This document shows, in pieces, positions 1-13,816 of a stretch of DNA of 64,000 bases (its first letter is position 1; each line of letters starts with the position of its first letter). Under the pieces are notes generated by a model. The model did no database searches and had not been told where the DNA came from. It saw only the letters and a list, made by a program, of their open reading frames with translations. The DNA comes from Octopus sinensis. Taxonomy: Eukaryota. The position numbers were made by a program, and so were the translations under genes. The DNA is taken from contig NC_043003.1 of assembly GCF_006345805.1 (NCBI RefSeq), positions 28,644,001-28,708,000 on the forward strand. Direction: 5' to 3'.

Positions 1-61
1 CGCGCCCGACATCATAAAATTTTGGGGAAAAAATGCGGATTATACTCGAGGATTTACGGTA
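1..61. mobile_element. Terminal inverted repeat end of a pogo/Tc2-like DNA transposon, truncated by the window edge
   Basis: Reverse complement reads TA|CCGTAAATCCTCGAGTATAATCCGCA, a CCGTA-type pogo/Tc2 TIR next to a TA target dinucleotide. Confidence 0.5.
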
Positions 62-75
62 TGTATGTATGTATG

Positions 76-109
<34 letters not shown>

Positions 110-171
110 TGTATGTATGTATGTATGTATATATGTATGTATGTGTATATATGTATGTATGTATACGTATT

Positions 172-251
<80 letters not shown>

Positions 252-282
252 TGTGTAAGAAAGAGAGCGAGAGAGAGAGAGC
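61..282. repeat. Compound microsatellite (TATG)n-(TG)n-(GA)n
   Basis: Read directly; explains ORFs 22..258, 40..300 and 65..304. Confidence 0.95.
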
Positions 283-828
283 GGATGTGTTTGCGTCCAT
301 GTAACTTATAGGTTAGGCAAAAGAGACCGATAGAGTAACAGGCGTAAAAATGCACCAGGCTCAAAAGAAATGTAGTGGAGTCGATTTGTTCGACAACAAG
401 TCTTCAAGGTGATGCATCTGCACGGGCACAGTGGCTGCAATCTAATGAGTGAAACCAGTAAAAGACAAAATACAACAAAGACTCTAACGACATCACAAAG
501 GCAACATTTTCTCCAATGTTCTACCGATTGTGCCATTAATCCCGTATAGACTTTTTTTATCCCCTACTTTTTGATATCAGTACTGCATCTGTCGCTATCA
601 AGTACTTTAATAATAAGCGCCAGGTAATTAGAAAGTGTTGATACACTCAAGAGTGCCCTTCATCCAAAACGTTACAAAATGTGCTTGTTTCAGTCTTTTG
701 ACTGTCATCTCTCATCTCATCTCATCTCATCTCATCTCATTTCATCTTCTTCCTCGATTTTTATATTCCTGAGAGGGTGGTGGGGCAGAGTCGTCCTGTA
801 TATGTATACATGGTAATATATCTACTTC

Positions 829-960
<132 letters not shown>

Positions 961-1494
961 TTTCTTCAAGCACAGACACGCAAACACACATACACAAACG
1001 CAGATACATATCTATAATACTAAAACATAATACATAAGAGATATTTTTTCACAGATTCTAAAACACATTACAGGAATTTATTTGTATCTAAATACCTTAG
1101 AACCGAATGTACAGTGAACGTTCTTTTGGCGGATGAAATCAAGCGATCTAGCAGCCTAAATCAGTCTCACAGACGAGCTTCCAAAAAACTGCTGTCAACC
1201 AAATTTCTCATACTAGACATTAACTGGCTTTCCGTTATGGTAGAATGCATTAGTCAAAGTTGCAACACAAAGCGGTCAAATCCGAATCTTTCAATAAATA
1301 AAATAAAATTTCTTGACTACACCATCATGCAAACGTGAGTTTATTTATGAATAGTAATCCAAGTGACATAACTCTGGATATTCAGTAACGATGATTTACT
1401 TCCCTTGATCACTATTAGCTTCTTACTATATGTCTCATTGATAAGTTGTCATCTCATTGCATTTCAACGCCGACATTTTATATTCCTGATAGTG

Positions 1495-1805
<311 letters not shown>

Positions 1806-2000
1806 CGTTTTGGGATTTGGTTTGCAAGATTCTTTATGTGAGTTCGTGTGTTGAAGCATATTCTGTTGTGTCTGGGGAGAGTCATTTTCTTTATTCTTAT
1901 AATTTAACACACTCACCGGTAAAATTTCCACTTATTTCTTATTTCTATTTTCCTAAAATTTTCGTTGCGTCTTGCAACCTTTTTGATAGTCTTGACTCTG
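1806..2000 (-). mobile_element. Short dispersed repeat, probably Penelope pLTR-derived, with a degenerate hammerhead-like motif
   Basis: Minus strand has GTTGC-aagac-GCAAC-GAAA-ATTTTA (stem II, GAAA, palindromic stem III), but the CUGANGA strand is degenerate; abuts (TA)n; inverted partial copy at 2970-3077. Confidence 0.45.
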
Positions 2001-2099
2001 TCCGTTATTTACACTGCTTTCCTTTTTGTTTGTTTGTGCGCATGTGTGTGGGTCAGTGTGTGTGTGCGTGCGTGCCCCTACATGCATGCATGTACGTAC

Positions 2100-2130
<31 letters not shown>

Positions 2131-2473
2131 TGTATGTATACATGTATGTATGTATGTATACATGTATGTATGTATGTGTGTATGTATACATGTGTGTGTA
2201 TGCATATGTATATATGTATGTATGTGTATGCATCTCTATGTATGTATTCTGCATATTCATGTGCTTGCATGTCTGTGTTTGTATATTTTCTATGTATGTG
2301 TGTGTGTGTGAGCGTCTGTTTGTACATGTATACACCTCTGTCTCTTTGTGTGTGCATGTCTGTGTGCGTGTGTTTTGCAACTATGTACCATGTTTGTATG
2401 TATGGATGTGCATCTCTATATGTGTGGACCCGTGTCTACATATGTGTCCTTGTGTGGAGTAAAGTGTGTGTGT

Positions 2474-2861
2474 ATGGAAGCACTCCGTCGGTTACGACGA
2501 CGAGGGTTCCGGTTGATCCGATCAACGGAACAGCCTGCTCGTGAAATTAACGTGTAAGTGGCTGAGCACTCCACAGACACGTGTACCCTTAACGTAGTTC
2601 TCGGGGATATTCAGCGTGACACAGAGAGTGACAAGGCCGGCCCTTTGAAATACAGGTACAACAGAAACAGGAAGTAAGAGTGAGAGAAAGTTGTGGTGAA
2701 AGAGTACAGCAGGGATCACTACCATACCCTGCCGGAGACTCGTGGAGCTTTAGGTGTTTTCGCTCAATAAACACTCACAACAACGCCCGGTCTTGGAATC
2801 GAAACCGCGATCCTACGACCGCGAGTCCGCTGCCCTAACCACTGGGCCATTGCGCCTCCCA
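2474..2861 (-). mobile_element. tRNA-derived SINE family C (GGAGGCGCAATGGCCCAGTGG head), tail variant 1
   Basis: Minus strand: A box TGGCCCAGTGG, B box GGTTTCGATTCC; head and body shared with 34439-34750 and 37845-38254. Confidence 0.85.
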
Positions 2862-3084
2862 CGTGTGTATATATAGTCATGTGTTACAGTGTCCATTTGC
2901 GTATGTGCTCGTCCGTTCATATAACCTATGTACCTATCCGTCTGTATGTTGATCTGTTTATTTTCATATCCAAGACGCACGAACATTTTAGGAAAAAAAA
3001 TAAGAAATAAGTGGAAATTTCACCGGTAAGAGTGTTAAATTATTAAGCACAAAAATAAAATGATTCTCCCTAGACGCACACACA

Positions 3085-3115
<31 letters not shown>

Positions 3116-3194
3116 CTATATACTCTCTCTCTTTCGCTCTTTCTTTACACACACACACACACAAACGCAGATACATACAATCTTGCATATATGC

Positions 3195-3234
<40 letters not shown>

Positions 3235-3294
3235 ATGTATATGCATTTATGAATATACGAGCAAAACGATCCCCGTCCAATGGACGATGCTGAG

Positions 3295-3659
3295 TTGTCA
3301 AATATTTAAACCAAATTTTCTCAAGACAACTTGTCCGACCATTTAAGAAACACTGATTTAATGTAAATTTGGGACATCAAACAGACCGGCTTTTTTTGCG
3401 CAAACTGCACGTGTATTTTTCTCGCGTACGCGTAGTATCGATCGCAACAGCTGATGTACTTGCGCGTACAAATGCACATTCCCACGGCTTTATCGTTCGC
3501 ATTCTCACCTGAACTCGATTTTTGTAATGTTTTCAAGACTTATACACGCCCTGATACCGTCGGTATCGACATATCAAATTTGAGAGCAATCGGATGGAGG
3601 ATGCCCGAGATCCTAGAAGACACACAAGCAGTCAGACAGAACGGAATTTATATAATAGA
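3295..3659 (-). mobile_element. Non-autonomous Helitron 5' portion
   Basis: Minus strand begins A|TCTATTATATAAA (A-TC Helitron 5' junction), followed by TCTGTCTG and CCGATTGCTCTCAAATTTG, as in non-autonomous Helitrons. Confidence 0.55.
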
Positions 3660-3666
3660 TGTATGT

Positions 3667-4068
3667 GTAGGAGTGGTTGTGTGGTAAGTAGCTTGCTTAC
3701 GAACCACATAGTTCCGGGTTCAGTCCCACTGCGTGGCACCTTGGGCAAGTGTCTTCTACTATAGCCTCGGGCCGACCAAAGCCTTGTGAGTGGATTTGGT
3801 AGACGGAAACTAAAAGAAGCCCGTCGTATATATGTATATATATGTATGTGTGTGTGTTTGTATGTCTGTGTTTGCCCCCCCCCCAACATCGCTTGACAAC
3901 CGATGCTGGTGTGTTTACGTCCCCGTAACTTAGCGGTTCGGCAAAAGAGACCGATAGAATAAGTCCTGGGCTTACAAAGAATAAGTCCCGGGGTCGATTT
4001 GCTCGACTAAAGGCAGTGCTCCAGCATGGCCGCAGTCAAATGACTGAAACAAGTAAAAGAGTAAAGAG
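3667..4068 (+). mobile_element. tRNA-derived SINE family A, full length, with internal (TA/TG)n
   Basis: A-box-like TGG(C/T)TGTGTGGT, B-box-like GGTTCAGTCCC, CORE-like CCTTGGGCAAGT, tail GGTGCTCCAGCATGGCCGCAGTC...(GTAAAAGA)n; more than 15 copies in the window. Confidence 0.9.
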
Positions 4069-4520
4069 TATATGAAGAAGATGCTCTGGACATCAACCAG
4101 GTTCTCACCGTTCATGTGAATATATAGAAGGTCTGTAACTAATGTTATTCAGAAATTGCATACAGCGGTCACTGACCCGGCCGACTAAGAGCACTCACAA
4201 CTCCTGAAACTGACCTATTTTCCTTCCAATTCTCACGCTACACCCCATTCACACAGTCTTTCTATTGATATTCTAAGGCTCTGTTTTCATATTCCTCCTC
4301 ATCTTAAGTCCGCTTACTCCGACCACACGCTGCCAGAACGAGTAATTAATTGCAATTTCCTGACATGACATGTGAATACTTACACAAAGCAAAACTTTTT
4401 TTTCTCGCTCCTTCATGCAAGAATAAGAAGTAATACTGTGAATTCTTCTCTCACACCATGTAATATGTTCTTAAGAAACTTTACACTTTGCTAACAAATC
4501 CAGACTTGATCGCTGGACTC

Positions 4521-4562
<42 letters not shown>

Positions 4563-4751
4563 TATAGAATAATAATATATATATATATATTATATATATA
4601 TACATATTATATATAAGATATCAGATATATATAGATAGATAGATGCATACATACATACATACACATATATGTATATATATATATGCATAAATAAGTATAC
4701 GTATATACATGTATATACATGTGTGTATATATATATATATATATATATGTC

Positions 4752-4789
<38 letters not shown>

Positions 4790-4792
<3 letters not shown>

Positions 4793-5222
4793 TTACCCAA
4801 GTTGCCAAGCAGTGGGACTGAACTACATGGTTCCCGGTTCTGTCCCACTTCGTGGCACCTTGGGCAAATGTCTTCTATATCCTCGGGCCGACCAAAGCCT
4901 TGTTAGTAGATTTGGTAGACGGAAACTGAAAGAAGCCCGTCGTATATGTGTGTGTGTATTTGTGTGTGTGTGTGTGTGTGTGTCTGTGTGTCTGTGTGTT
5001 TGTATGTCTGTTTTTGTCCTCCCACCACCACCACCATCACTAGACAACCGATGCTGGTGTATTTACGTCCCCGTCCATTAGCGGTTCGGCAAAAGACCGA
5101 TAAAATAAGTACTAGGCTTACAAAGATTAACTCCTAGGGTCGATTGTTTCGACTAAAGGCGGTGCTCCAGCATGGCCGCAGTTAAATGACTCAAGCAAAT
5201 AAAAGAATAAAAGGATAAAAGA
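4790..5222 (+). mobile_element. SINE family A copy with a short inverted 5' segment
   Basis: Family A body and tail; 4797-4823 is the reverse complement of the head segment at about 4837-4865. Confidence 0.8.
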
Positions 5223-5307
5223 ACATATATTCCATTAGAAAATTTTGTTTAATAATGTAGTGCTCAATGTGGTTTACCGCTAAAACTTCTGCCTGAACCG
5301 CAATTGA

Positions 5308-5341
<34 letters not shown>

Positions 5342-5343
<2 letters not shown>

Positions 5344-5385
5344 TAGCTGAAAACCGCCTGATAGGGCGGCTTTTACGCTAGCTCA
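5342..5385 (-). mobile_element. Helitron 3' terminus (hairpin + CTAG|T)
   Basis: Minus strand CCGCC-ctatca-GGCGG-ttttcag-CTAG|T. Confidence 0.5.
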
Positions 5386-5591
5386 TGTGGAGGGCACTTC
5401 GTGCATTGAGTACATATTAAGTTTTATTAAGCTTGAGCAATATTACTCAAGCAAGGAACAATTTTCATAAAAAAAATCATGTTTTGTCGACTTGGAACTT
5501 ATTGCAAAGCTGCATGATAAACAACATTTTTGTCTTCCCATTCAGACATCAGTACAATTTTTTTCTGTCTAATCTCTCACTTTCTCTCCCC

Positions 5592-5656
<65 letters not shown>

Positions 5657-6142
5657 GTTGTTTTCAACCATCATCATCACCAGTACCACCACCATTGCCA
5701 CTACAACTGTCATACACACACCATTCAGATTTCTGACGCCACCACCCTCAATAGCTGTGACTTCGCCACCTTCCCCTCCACCGCCATTACCACTGTCTTT
5801 CACATTGCTTATTCCACCACCATCACCATTGTCTTTCACATCACTTACTATCACCATCCTCCCTGACTGACCACCAATACTATCATCAACGTCGCCTCCA
5901 CCTCTTTCACAACTACAGCTCATACAATTACTATCACCCCATTAACATCACAACCATCAATCTACTACCGTCTCTATACCTACTATTACTCTCACCCCCA
6001 TCACGAGGAGTAGTGAAAGTGACAAACAGGGTCAAAGTGTGATACACTGACACAGAAATTCATTTTGGTAATAAACTAGTACTTTCTTGCGCTGTGCAGT
6101 CGTGTTCCACAATTGACAACAGTGGAACATGATTGTCACTAC

Positions 6143-6184
6143 ATAATCCTGATGACTGTGCAATGCATGAAAGTACTAGTTTAT
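6143..6184 (+). ncRNA. Minimal type I hammerhead ribozyme motif (Penelope-like)
   Basis: ataatc-CTGATGA-ct-GTGC aat GCAT-GAAA-GTAC-TA-gtttat: intact CUGAUGA and GAAA, palindromic AGTACT stem III, stem I 5 of 6 pairs. Confidence 0.55.
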
Positions 6185-6304
6185 TTCAATATTGTAAAAT
6201 TGTAAAAATTGTAAATAATAAAACAGGAAAATCTAACTTGGAAGTTGGAATTTCATTGATATATTCTTCTACACACAATTAAACAAACTCGAATATATAT
6301 ATAT

Positions 6305-6560
6305 GTTGGGGGTCATCTTTACCTTGTTACCTCCCCTACTTTCCTTCTCCGTATGACCCCTCTGTCCGGCACTAGTCGCCATGATAGATCATTAGCCACA
6401 ACGCATACTTTTTTTTCTCTCCTTGTTTTTTCTGTGTACCTTTCTGTAGAAGAGCGTAGGCTCGAAACGTAAAAGACCTTTTCTATTCCTGAGCATTATA
6501 CTAATACATCTGTTTGTTTTGTACACCACCTGTCTTCGTCTTTTGTTTTTCGTAAACTTT

Positions 6561-6565
<5 letters not shown>
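6305..6565 (+). mobile_element. Short Penelope-derived element with hammerhead-like motif, flanked by (TA)n
   Basis: 6440-6475: cttt-CTGTAGA-a-GAGC gtag GCTC-GAAAC-GTA-aaag; related copy at 39930-40102. Confidence 0.6.
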
Positions 6566-6600
<35 letters not shown>

Positions 6601-6634
6601 ATATATATATATATATATATTCCTTTTTCATTTT

Positions 6635-8572
6635 ATTAAACTCAGCTTAAGGGTTGCGGCCATGCTTGTTCTCTGCCACCTGGTGTTGCTACCTTATCAA
6701 TCCTCTTTTAATAGTAGGCATCTAGTGTATACGGGATTTGATGCTACTTCTCTCATTCCCATTTCCTGCTGTGAAGTCGGCGCATCTCGGAGTCTCAACG
6801 GTAGGAGATCTATTTTAGTTTTGAAGACATCTACATCAACAGCATATAGGCCTTTCAGCTGCTTCGGTGGGATATGGAAGAGCAATAGGTCCTCGAATTT
6901 TGACGCAGAGAAAAGATTTTAGGTACTAAGTAATGGTGCCTTGTTCTAGCGTTTGTTTCACTTTACTCTTTTACTCTTTTACTTGTTTCAGTCATTTGAC
7001 TGCGTCCATGGTGGAGCAGTACCTTTAGTCGAACAAATCGATCCCAGGACTTATTCTTTGTAAGCCTAGTACTTATTCTATCGGTCTCTTTAGCCGAACC
7101 GTTAAGTTACGGGGACCTAAACACACCAGCGTCGGTTGTCAAGCGATGTTGGGAAGACAAAAACAGACACAAACACACACATATATACATATACATATAT
7201 ACGACGGGCTTCTTTCAGTTTCCGTCTACCAAATCCACTCACAAGGCTTTGGTCGGCCCGAGGCTATAGTAGAAGACACTTGCCCAAGGTGCCACGCAGT
7301 GGGACTGAACCCCGGAACCATGTGGTTCGTAAGCAAGTTATTTACCACCGGTGCAAAAGTTTGGGACAAGTCCTTCCAGCTTTTCCATCTTCGTTTCAGG
7401 AAGTAAAGTCTTAATCTCTTGAGTCTTTCCCAGTAGCTAATTTACTGCATTGATGCTATCCTCTGCGTGTAGTTTTGCTCGACTGCTTCGAGTTCCGCCA
7501 CGAATTTAACACTGTGTGGTGGCCATAGCTGGGAGCAATAGTCAAGACGGCTTAGGACATGGGTCTTCTGGAGGACTGTTCTGGTTTCCTACTCTCTTGT
7601 TCTGAAAGTTCTCAGAATCCATCCGGTCAGCCGCCTGTGTTTCTTGCCAGCTTATGTGATATGCGCACGGAAAGATGCAGCACTACTCGGGTCGATAGTC
7701 AGGTCCCGATCTGCTTGTGAATCTGGAACTGCAATCCTCCAGGTCTAATGTACTTTGCCTGCATTGCATTTAACTTCGTCTACTGATAGCATAAGGCTTG
7801 GAACTTTCCATCATTAAACTGCGCATTATTGTTGTCAGCTCACTTGTATATTGCATCTAACTCTTGTTGCAGGTGCATTCCATCTTCAGGCTTCTGTATT
7901 ACCTGTGAGGCTTTTTGTCATCAGAATAGCTTGTGAAGGTGAATGAGGGTATATCTGAAAGGGACACTTTGAACGGTAGTAGCCCCAAGACAGTGCCCTA
8001 CGGGACACCACTCACTATTGGTGTTTCCTGATATTTATCTTTTAAAAAGTCGTGTAGCCATTCTCCATGTTTTCTAACTATACCGGAGTTATGCAGCTTG
8101 TGACATCATTCTATGATCGGCTTTATAGAAGGCCTTCGCAAAGACGAGATATAAGACATCTATATTTGAGTGGTTAAGTAGCTGTTTTACCACTCAGTCA
8201 TAATTTTGTAAAAGCTATATCAGGTACCTTCTTCGTAGTCCGAAATCATACTAAGTGTCATTCAACAAATAATTTTCTTTAAGGAACGTGATTAGTTTCC
8301 TACGGACTAACCATATCCGTTCCATGTCTTTGCTGATATGCAAGGTTAGAGAAATAGGCCTATATTTTCGGCATCCGTTCTGTTAACTCCTTTTCTAACA
8401 AGGCATATAATTCCTTCCTTCAGCTTTCCTGGAACCTTGCCACTTGCAAGGAAACTAGAAGAGAGACTGCGGTGGTTTTGCTAAGGGTCGTTTACACGAT
8501 TTTAGAAGGATTGCTGGAAAAGCCATTATTGCCCTTTATATCGATGTAATCAAGTGTTACTGCCTCCCTTCT
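6635..8572 (-). mobile_element. Degenerate CR1-group LINE (RT domain to 3' UTR), interrupted by a SINE
   Basis: Colinear with 30511-32220; minus strand encodes V-S-G-V-P-*-G-T-V-L-G, LAKAF, LDYCSQLWPP and VDVDVFKTKIDL. Confidence 0.85.
6961..7348 (-). mobile_element. SINE family A nested in the LINE
   Basis: Reverse complement of the 3667-4068 consensus; LINE sequence resumes on both sides. Confidence 0.9.
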
Positions 8573-8661
8573 TATATCTGATCAACTGGAACCCTCGTCG
8601 TCGTAACCACGGGGTGCCACGATATATATATATATATATATAAAGAGAAAGAGAGAGAGAG

Positions 8662-8891
8662 AGTGATCCCTCACCATATCGTGGTTCGCCTATCGCGGTT
8701 TATTATTTAAGCTTACGTCCATTCCTCCGTGGTGTTGTTTTGCATTTATAATAAAATAAATATGTACAAATTATAAAAATAGCAAAAAATATATATATAC
8801 TTTACAGTACAATACTGTTTCTACTTCGCGGATTTACACCTATCGCAGTAGGTTTTAGAACATAACACCCGCGATAGCCGAGGGATTATTG
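8662..8891. mobile_element. Tigger/pogo-like MITE
   Basis: Imperfect TIRs AGTGATCCCTCACCATATCGTGG ... CCGCGATAGCCGAGGGATTATTG, about 230 bp, non-coding. Confidence 0.6.
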
Positions 8892-8910
8892 TGTGTGTGT
8901 GTATATATAT

Positions 8911-9322
8911 ACTCTTTTACTCTTTTACTTGTTTCAGTCATTTGACTGCGGCCATGCTGGAGCACCGCCTTTAGTCGAGCAAATCGACCCGGGGACTTAT
9001 TCTTTGTAAGCCCAGTACTTATTCTATCGGTCTCTTTTGCCGAACCGTTAAGTTACGAGGACGCAAACACACCAGCATCGGTTGTCAAGCAATGCTAGGG
9101 GTACAAACACAGACACACAAACATATACACACAACACATACATATATATATATATACATATATACGACAGGCTTCTTTCAGTTTCTGTCTACCAAATCCA
9201 CTCACAAGGCATTGGTCGGCCCGGGGCTATAGCAGAAGACACTTGCCCAAGGTGCCACGCAGTGGGACTTTACCCGGAACCATGTGGTTGGTTAGCAAGC
9301 TACTTACCACACAGCCACTCCT
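8911..9322 (-). mobile_element. SINE family A, full length
   Basis: Matches family A head, internal microsatellite and tail. Confidence 0.9.
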
Positions 9323-9676
9323 AATCGTAACAGTGCGAAATTTGTGTGCAATTTGGCTGCTATTTTTAGCAAGAAGGCACTGTGGCAGCAGGTACAACAG
9401 CAGACGCAGAACCAGCGGCAGCAGCAGCAGGAGCCTCTGGCATAACTGTAGGATGATGATACAGCAATACGTTTGACACACCTTCGCCTCCCCCCTACAC
9501 ACACACCACACACACCTATCTCTCAACATTATCTGCGGTGTCAACGGTTCATGTGATGGAATCGTGCGAATGGCATCAATGCGAATGTCGGCCAAGTGCC
9601 AAATACACCGAAGCGACACGATGCTTATGTTTTTATTGTTGGAGGAGGAAAACAAACCGCTTCCACAGGTGTTGTT

Positions 9677-9721
9677 ATGGTGGTGGTAGTAATGGTGGTA
9701 GTAGTAGTAGTAGTAGTAGTG

Positions 9722-9772
<51 letters not shown>

Positions 9773-9775
9773 ATG

Positions 9776-9814
<39 letters not shown>

Positions 9815-9840
9815 ATGATGATGATGATAATAATAATATC

Positions 9841-9872
<32 letters not shown>

Positions 9873-9931
9873 TGATAATAATAATAATAATAATGATAAT
9901 AATAATAATTATAATGATGATGATGATGATA
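9677..9931. repeat. (GTA)n-(GAT)n-(AAT)n trinucleotide block
   Basis: Read directly. Confidence 0.95.
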
Positions 9932-10543
9932 ACAGCAACAAATACACACTCTCGCGCGTTTGTAAGCAGATAATTATGTATATATAATATATATAATATA
10001 ATACGCAGATGATATACACATACACAAGTACACAAAACGCGCGCGCGCACAGACGTAGGCGTGGTTGTCTGGTAAGAAGTTTGTTTCCCAATCACATGGT
10101 TCCGGGTTCGGTCCCACTACGTGACATCTTGGTCAAGTATCTTCTATAGCCCGAGATCGAATCGACCTTGTGTCAACATGGGTTTCTTAACGACAAAGTA
10201 AACCTCATTTAATGAAGATATCCTTGGCCTGAAACGTAGCCTGCGGTATACATCTCACTTCTGAGGTTCTGCTTGCTGTGAAACATATGCAGTCCGGATT
10301 TTATCCACTTCATTCCTTAACTCTTGGATTTTTATTCGCATACCTGGCAACAGTGGCAACTCTGACAACCATGGATGCCAACCGTGAAATATAAAATTAA
10401 TTTTTTTCAGCTTATTATACTTCGATACGGAAAAAAATCACAACCTTCCGGCCCAATAAATCACTTCTGTTCCTGAACGTTGTTTTTTCATAATTTCTAC
10501 GGATTGCTTGAAGCTCACTTTCTTCCTACACTTCGATCCTTGG

Positions 10544-10876
<333 letters not shown>

Positions 10877-11479
10877 ATGTGGTTAATGAGAGACGAATTT
10901 TTATCACTACAATTGTTTCGACACATCTAGCATCGATCCCTCACGGGTGGGATACTTAACAGCTGGTTCAGGATCATCCGACGGTGCAGATGTGTCTCTT
11001 TGGGTGATAGATAGATACAACTCATTAAAATAAAAGTTCCGCAATGTATCTTCTCAGTTCGTGTAAAGAAAATCAGCAAGTTAAAGGATATAGCTTCATC
11101 TATATAGAAGATCAATAATAAAATAACGGATGCAAAATAGAATTTACACGCAATACAGCGGAAAAAGTATTAAATATAACTGTTAACGGATGTGGGCGTA
11201 TTAAACACCCTTGCGTAGGTTGAATGGCGCATTTACACTCGCTCATACAAGCATCCACGAGGACGTAAGCATATGCACACGTGTGGTTTAGCGCACATAC
11301 TTTCACATACCGAATTAAATAGCTACTTGGTGTTTAATAGAATGGGGAGGTGAGGGCTAAGTTTAATTCATCCATACCTTAAGGTATGGATGAATTATGT
11401 TGGCAGTTACTAAAATTCATTCCCATTGCATTGTGCGAAAGTGCATTTAATATGCCTGTAAGCATTTTGAGAGTCTTTC

Positions 11480-11850
11480 AGAAATTCTATTAATGATCTC
11501 ATTGGTCTACAGAATAGACAGAGATTCCTTGGAGCAGAGTCGGTTTCTCCATGAAATGATATTACATAGTTTTGCGTGCCTTACTATGGACTAAGTTGTG
11601 CTATACTTAATTTGATCGCTTTAAGTCGCCACACAAAATCGGTCAAAGATGCTGAATGTCTCTTATTGATTTTCTTGAAGCTGGCTACATGGTTGCGATA
11701 ATGATTCTTGAATGAATAAGCCGTTGCTCCAATGTAAACATACGACCTTCACATTGAGTGCACGGTACATTTATATATACAAGATTTGTACTCGTAAAGA
11801 GGTTCATCAATAGACAGCTTGATTTTTCTCTGCGTGAGCAATTATTATAT
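11480..11850 (-). mobile_element. Penelope-like element GIY-YIG endonuclease remnant
   Basis: Minus strand translates, with stops and frameshifts, to NCSRREKSSCLL..TNLVY..YVYIGATAYSFKNHYRNHVASFKKINKRHSASLTDFVWRLK..RLCSKESLSIL, the PLE GIY-YIG pattern. Confidence 0.75.
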
Positions 11851-11954
11851 TTATTTGTATATATGGCAGTTCTGACTTCGTTTCCGGCGTTGTTACCGTA
11901 TTAGTTATATCACAATCATTTCTAATACTACGATGTATATATATGTATATATAT

Positions 11955-12285
11955 ATCACTCCCTTGGACTTCTTTTTATGGAGTTATGTAAAAGATATCG
12001 TGTATCAAACAAAGATATGGGACATTGCTGACTTGAAACAAAGGATTCATAATGCCATTGTCACCGTTGATAAGGCTATCCTACAGCGAACATGGCAAGA
12101 AATCGAGTACCGTCTTGATGTGCTTCTCACAACTAATGGTGCCCATATTGAGGTCTATTAAATAAAAGTTAAAAAAACTATAAATAAACAATTATTACAA
12201 TAAAATAAATCTGGTTACGATATCTTGTCAACCGCCTTTGTAATAAAATTTTTAAATTGCTAAGAGACTTTATGGACACCCTGTA
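11955..12285 (+). mobile_element. Tc1/mariner (DD41D-like) transposase C-terminus and 3' TIR
   Basis: ITPLDFFLWSYVKDIVY...NGAHIEVY*; ends with TTATGGACACCCTG|TA (reverse complement CAGGGTGTCC TIR). Confidence 0.85.
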
Positions 12286-12291
12286 TATATA

Positions 12292-12354
<63 letters not shown>

Positions 12355-12485
12355 GTATGTATGCATGTATGTATGCATGTATGTATGTATGTATGTATGT
12401 ATGTATGTATGTATGTATGTATGTATGTATGTATGTATGAATGGATGGATGGATGGATGGATGGATATATATATTATATATATAT

Positions 12486-12516
<31 letters not shown>

Positions 12517-12517
<1 letters not shown>

Positions 12518-12842
12518 ATACAAAATGGGACAAGAACGCAAAACATCCGGACAGTTATGTGATACAAAAATGGGGCAACAAAACATCCAGATAGACGATA
12601 CAAAGGACGAGTCATTTGAAGGTTTCTTTCCTCAGTCAAGTACCAGATTATCTTCGCAATTTCGGCTGATTATACTTGAGATTGCTCCAATCTGGCTACC
12701 CCAAGGAAAAACTAAGCTAAGAGCATTAGATTCCTTGGAAGAAAGCAGCGAATGTATACAAAAACAAGGACGGAAAAAAAACGAACAATGTTACACAAAT
12801 ACAATAAAAATAACAGGACATAACAACAGGCGTCTTTCGACT
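12517..12842 (+). mobile_element. Unclassified dispersed repeat of about 300 bp next to (TA)n
   Basis: Homologous to 42869-43145 (inverted) and a degenerate copy at 13820-14075 (shared AAAACATCCAGATAGACGATACAAAG, TAAGAGCATTAGATTCCTTGG). Confidence 0.7.
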
Positions 12843-13149
12843 CTACTACTACACATTTGTCACTCCTTTCCCTCTTAACCCCCCCACTCCTAATTTCAAA
12901 TTATCCTCACTGACCACTGACTGATCTATATCTTAATTTTCTTTTTTCTTTATTCCCTTTATTCCTATCTTTAGGGTTATTATTCTTTATTTTTTATTTT
13001 TTAAATTATTTTCTTATTTTTATTAATCTTCTCTCTCCTTTCTCTTTCATTTTTTCTTTCTCTCCTCTTTTTTCTCTCATTTTTTTCTCTTTATTTCATT
13101 CCTATCTTCCTGTTTTCAATTTGACCATGCTAATACACTCCCTATTTCT

Positions 13150-13598
13150 AGGTCATTTTAAATACAAACCTTTGACTCTGCAACACTGTATATAAATTCC
13201 CTACTGGGAATGACCAAGTTTAAAAATCTGCAGGATCTCACTTCTAAGGGAATCTTACATTGCTTATTAACTCTATATTTGGAAGGACTCATATTAAACT
13301 CAGTTGGACTTTTGGATTTTACTCAAAGGATATTGGAATATTGCATATATACCATTATGCCTATAAAACGGATTTACAACTTCAATACCCATACATATCT
13401 TACATCTATTTTCTTTCCTCCACCTCACTCTCTATTTTGTATCACATCTAAACTAACTATGACTTAATTTTTTTCTCACACCATATCTGATGAAGGGATA
13501 TTATTAATTAATATCCTAGAAGCATCTGTAAGACCTTCTATCTATAAATGCTCTAATATCTATACAGCTTTGGTCTTATTACGCAAAAAATTCTTATA
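13150..13598 (+). mobile_element. Penelope pLTR-like fragment with degenerate hammerhead
   Basis: 13487-13530: CTGATGA-ag-GGATATTA ttaat TAATATCC-ta-GAAG-catct-GTA; ends in (TA)n. Confidence 0.45.
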
Positions 13599-13613
13599 TA
13601 TATGTGTGTGTGT

Positions 13614-13651
<38 letters not shown>

Positions 13652-13772
13652 TGTGTGTGTGTGTTTGTAATTGTGTGTGTGTGTGTGTGTGTGTGTGAGT
13701 GTGTATGTACACACACATGTATGTATGCATACACACTCATATTTTCATATTTATAGACATATATATACATAC

Positions 13773-13816
<44 letters not shown>

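Noticed and set aside
10200-10300. GAAACG/GAAACA motifs suggesting a hammerhead
   Set aside because: No intact CUGANGA with a pairing stem II.
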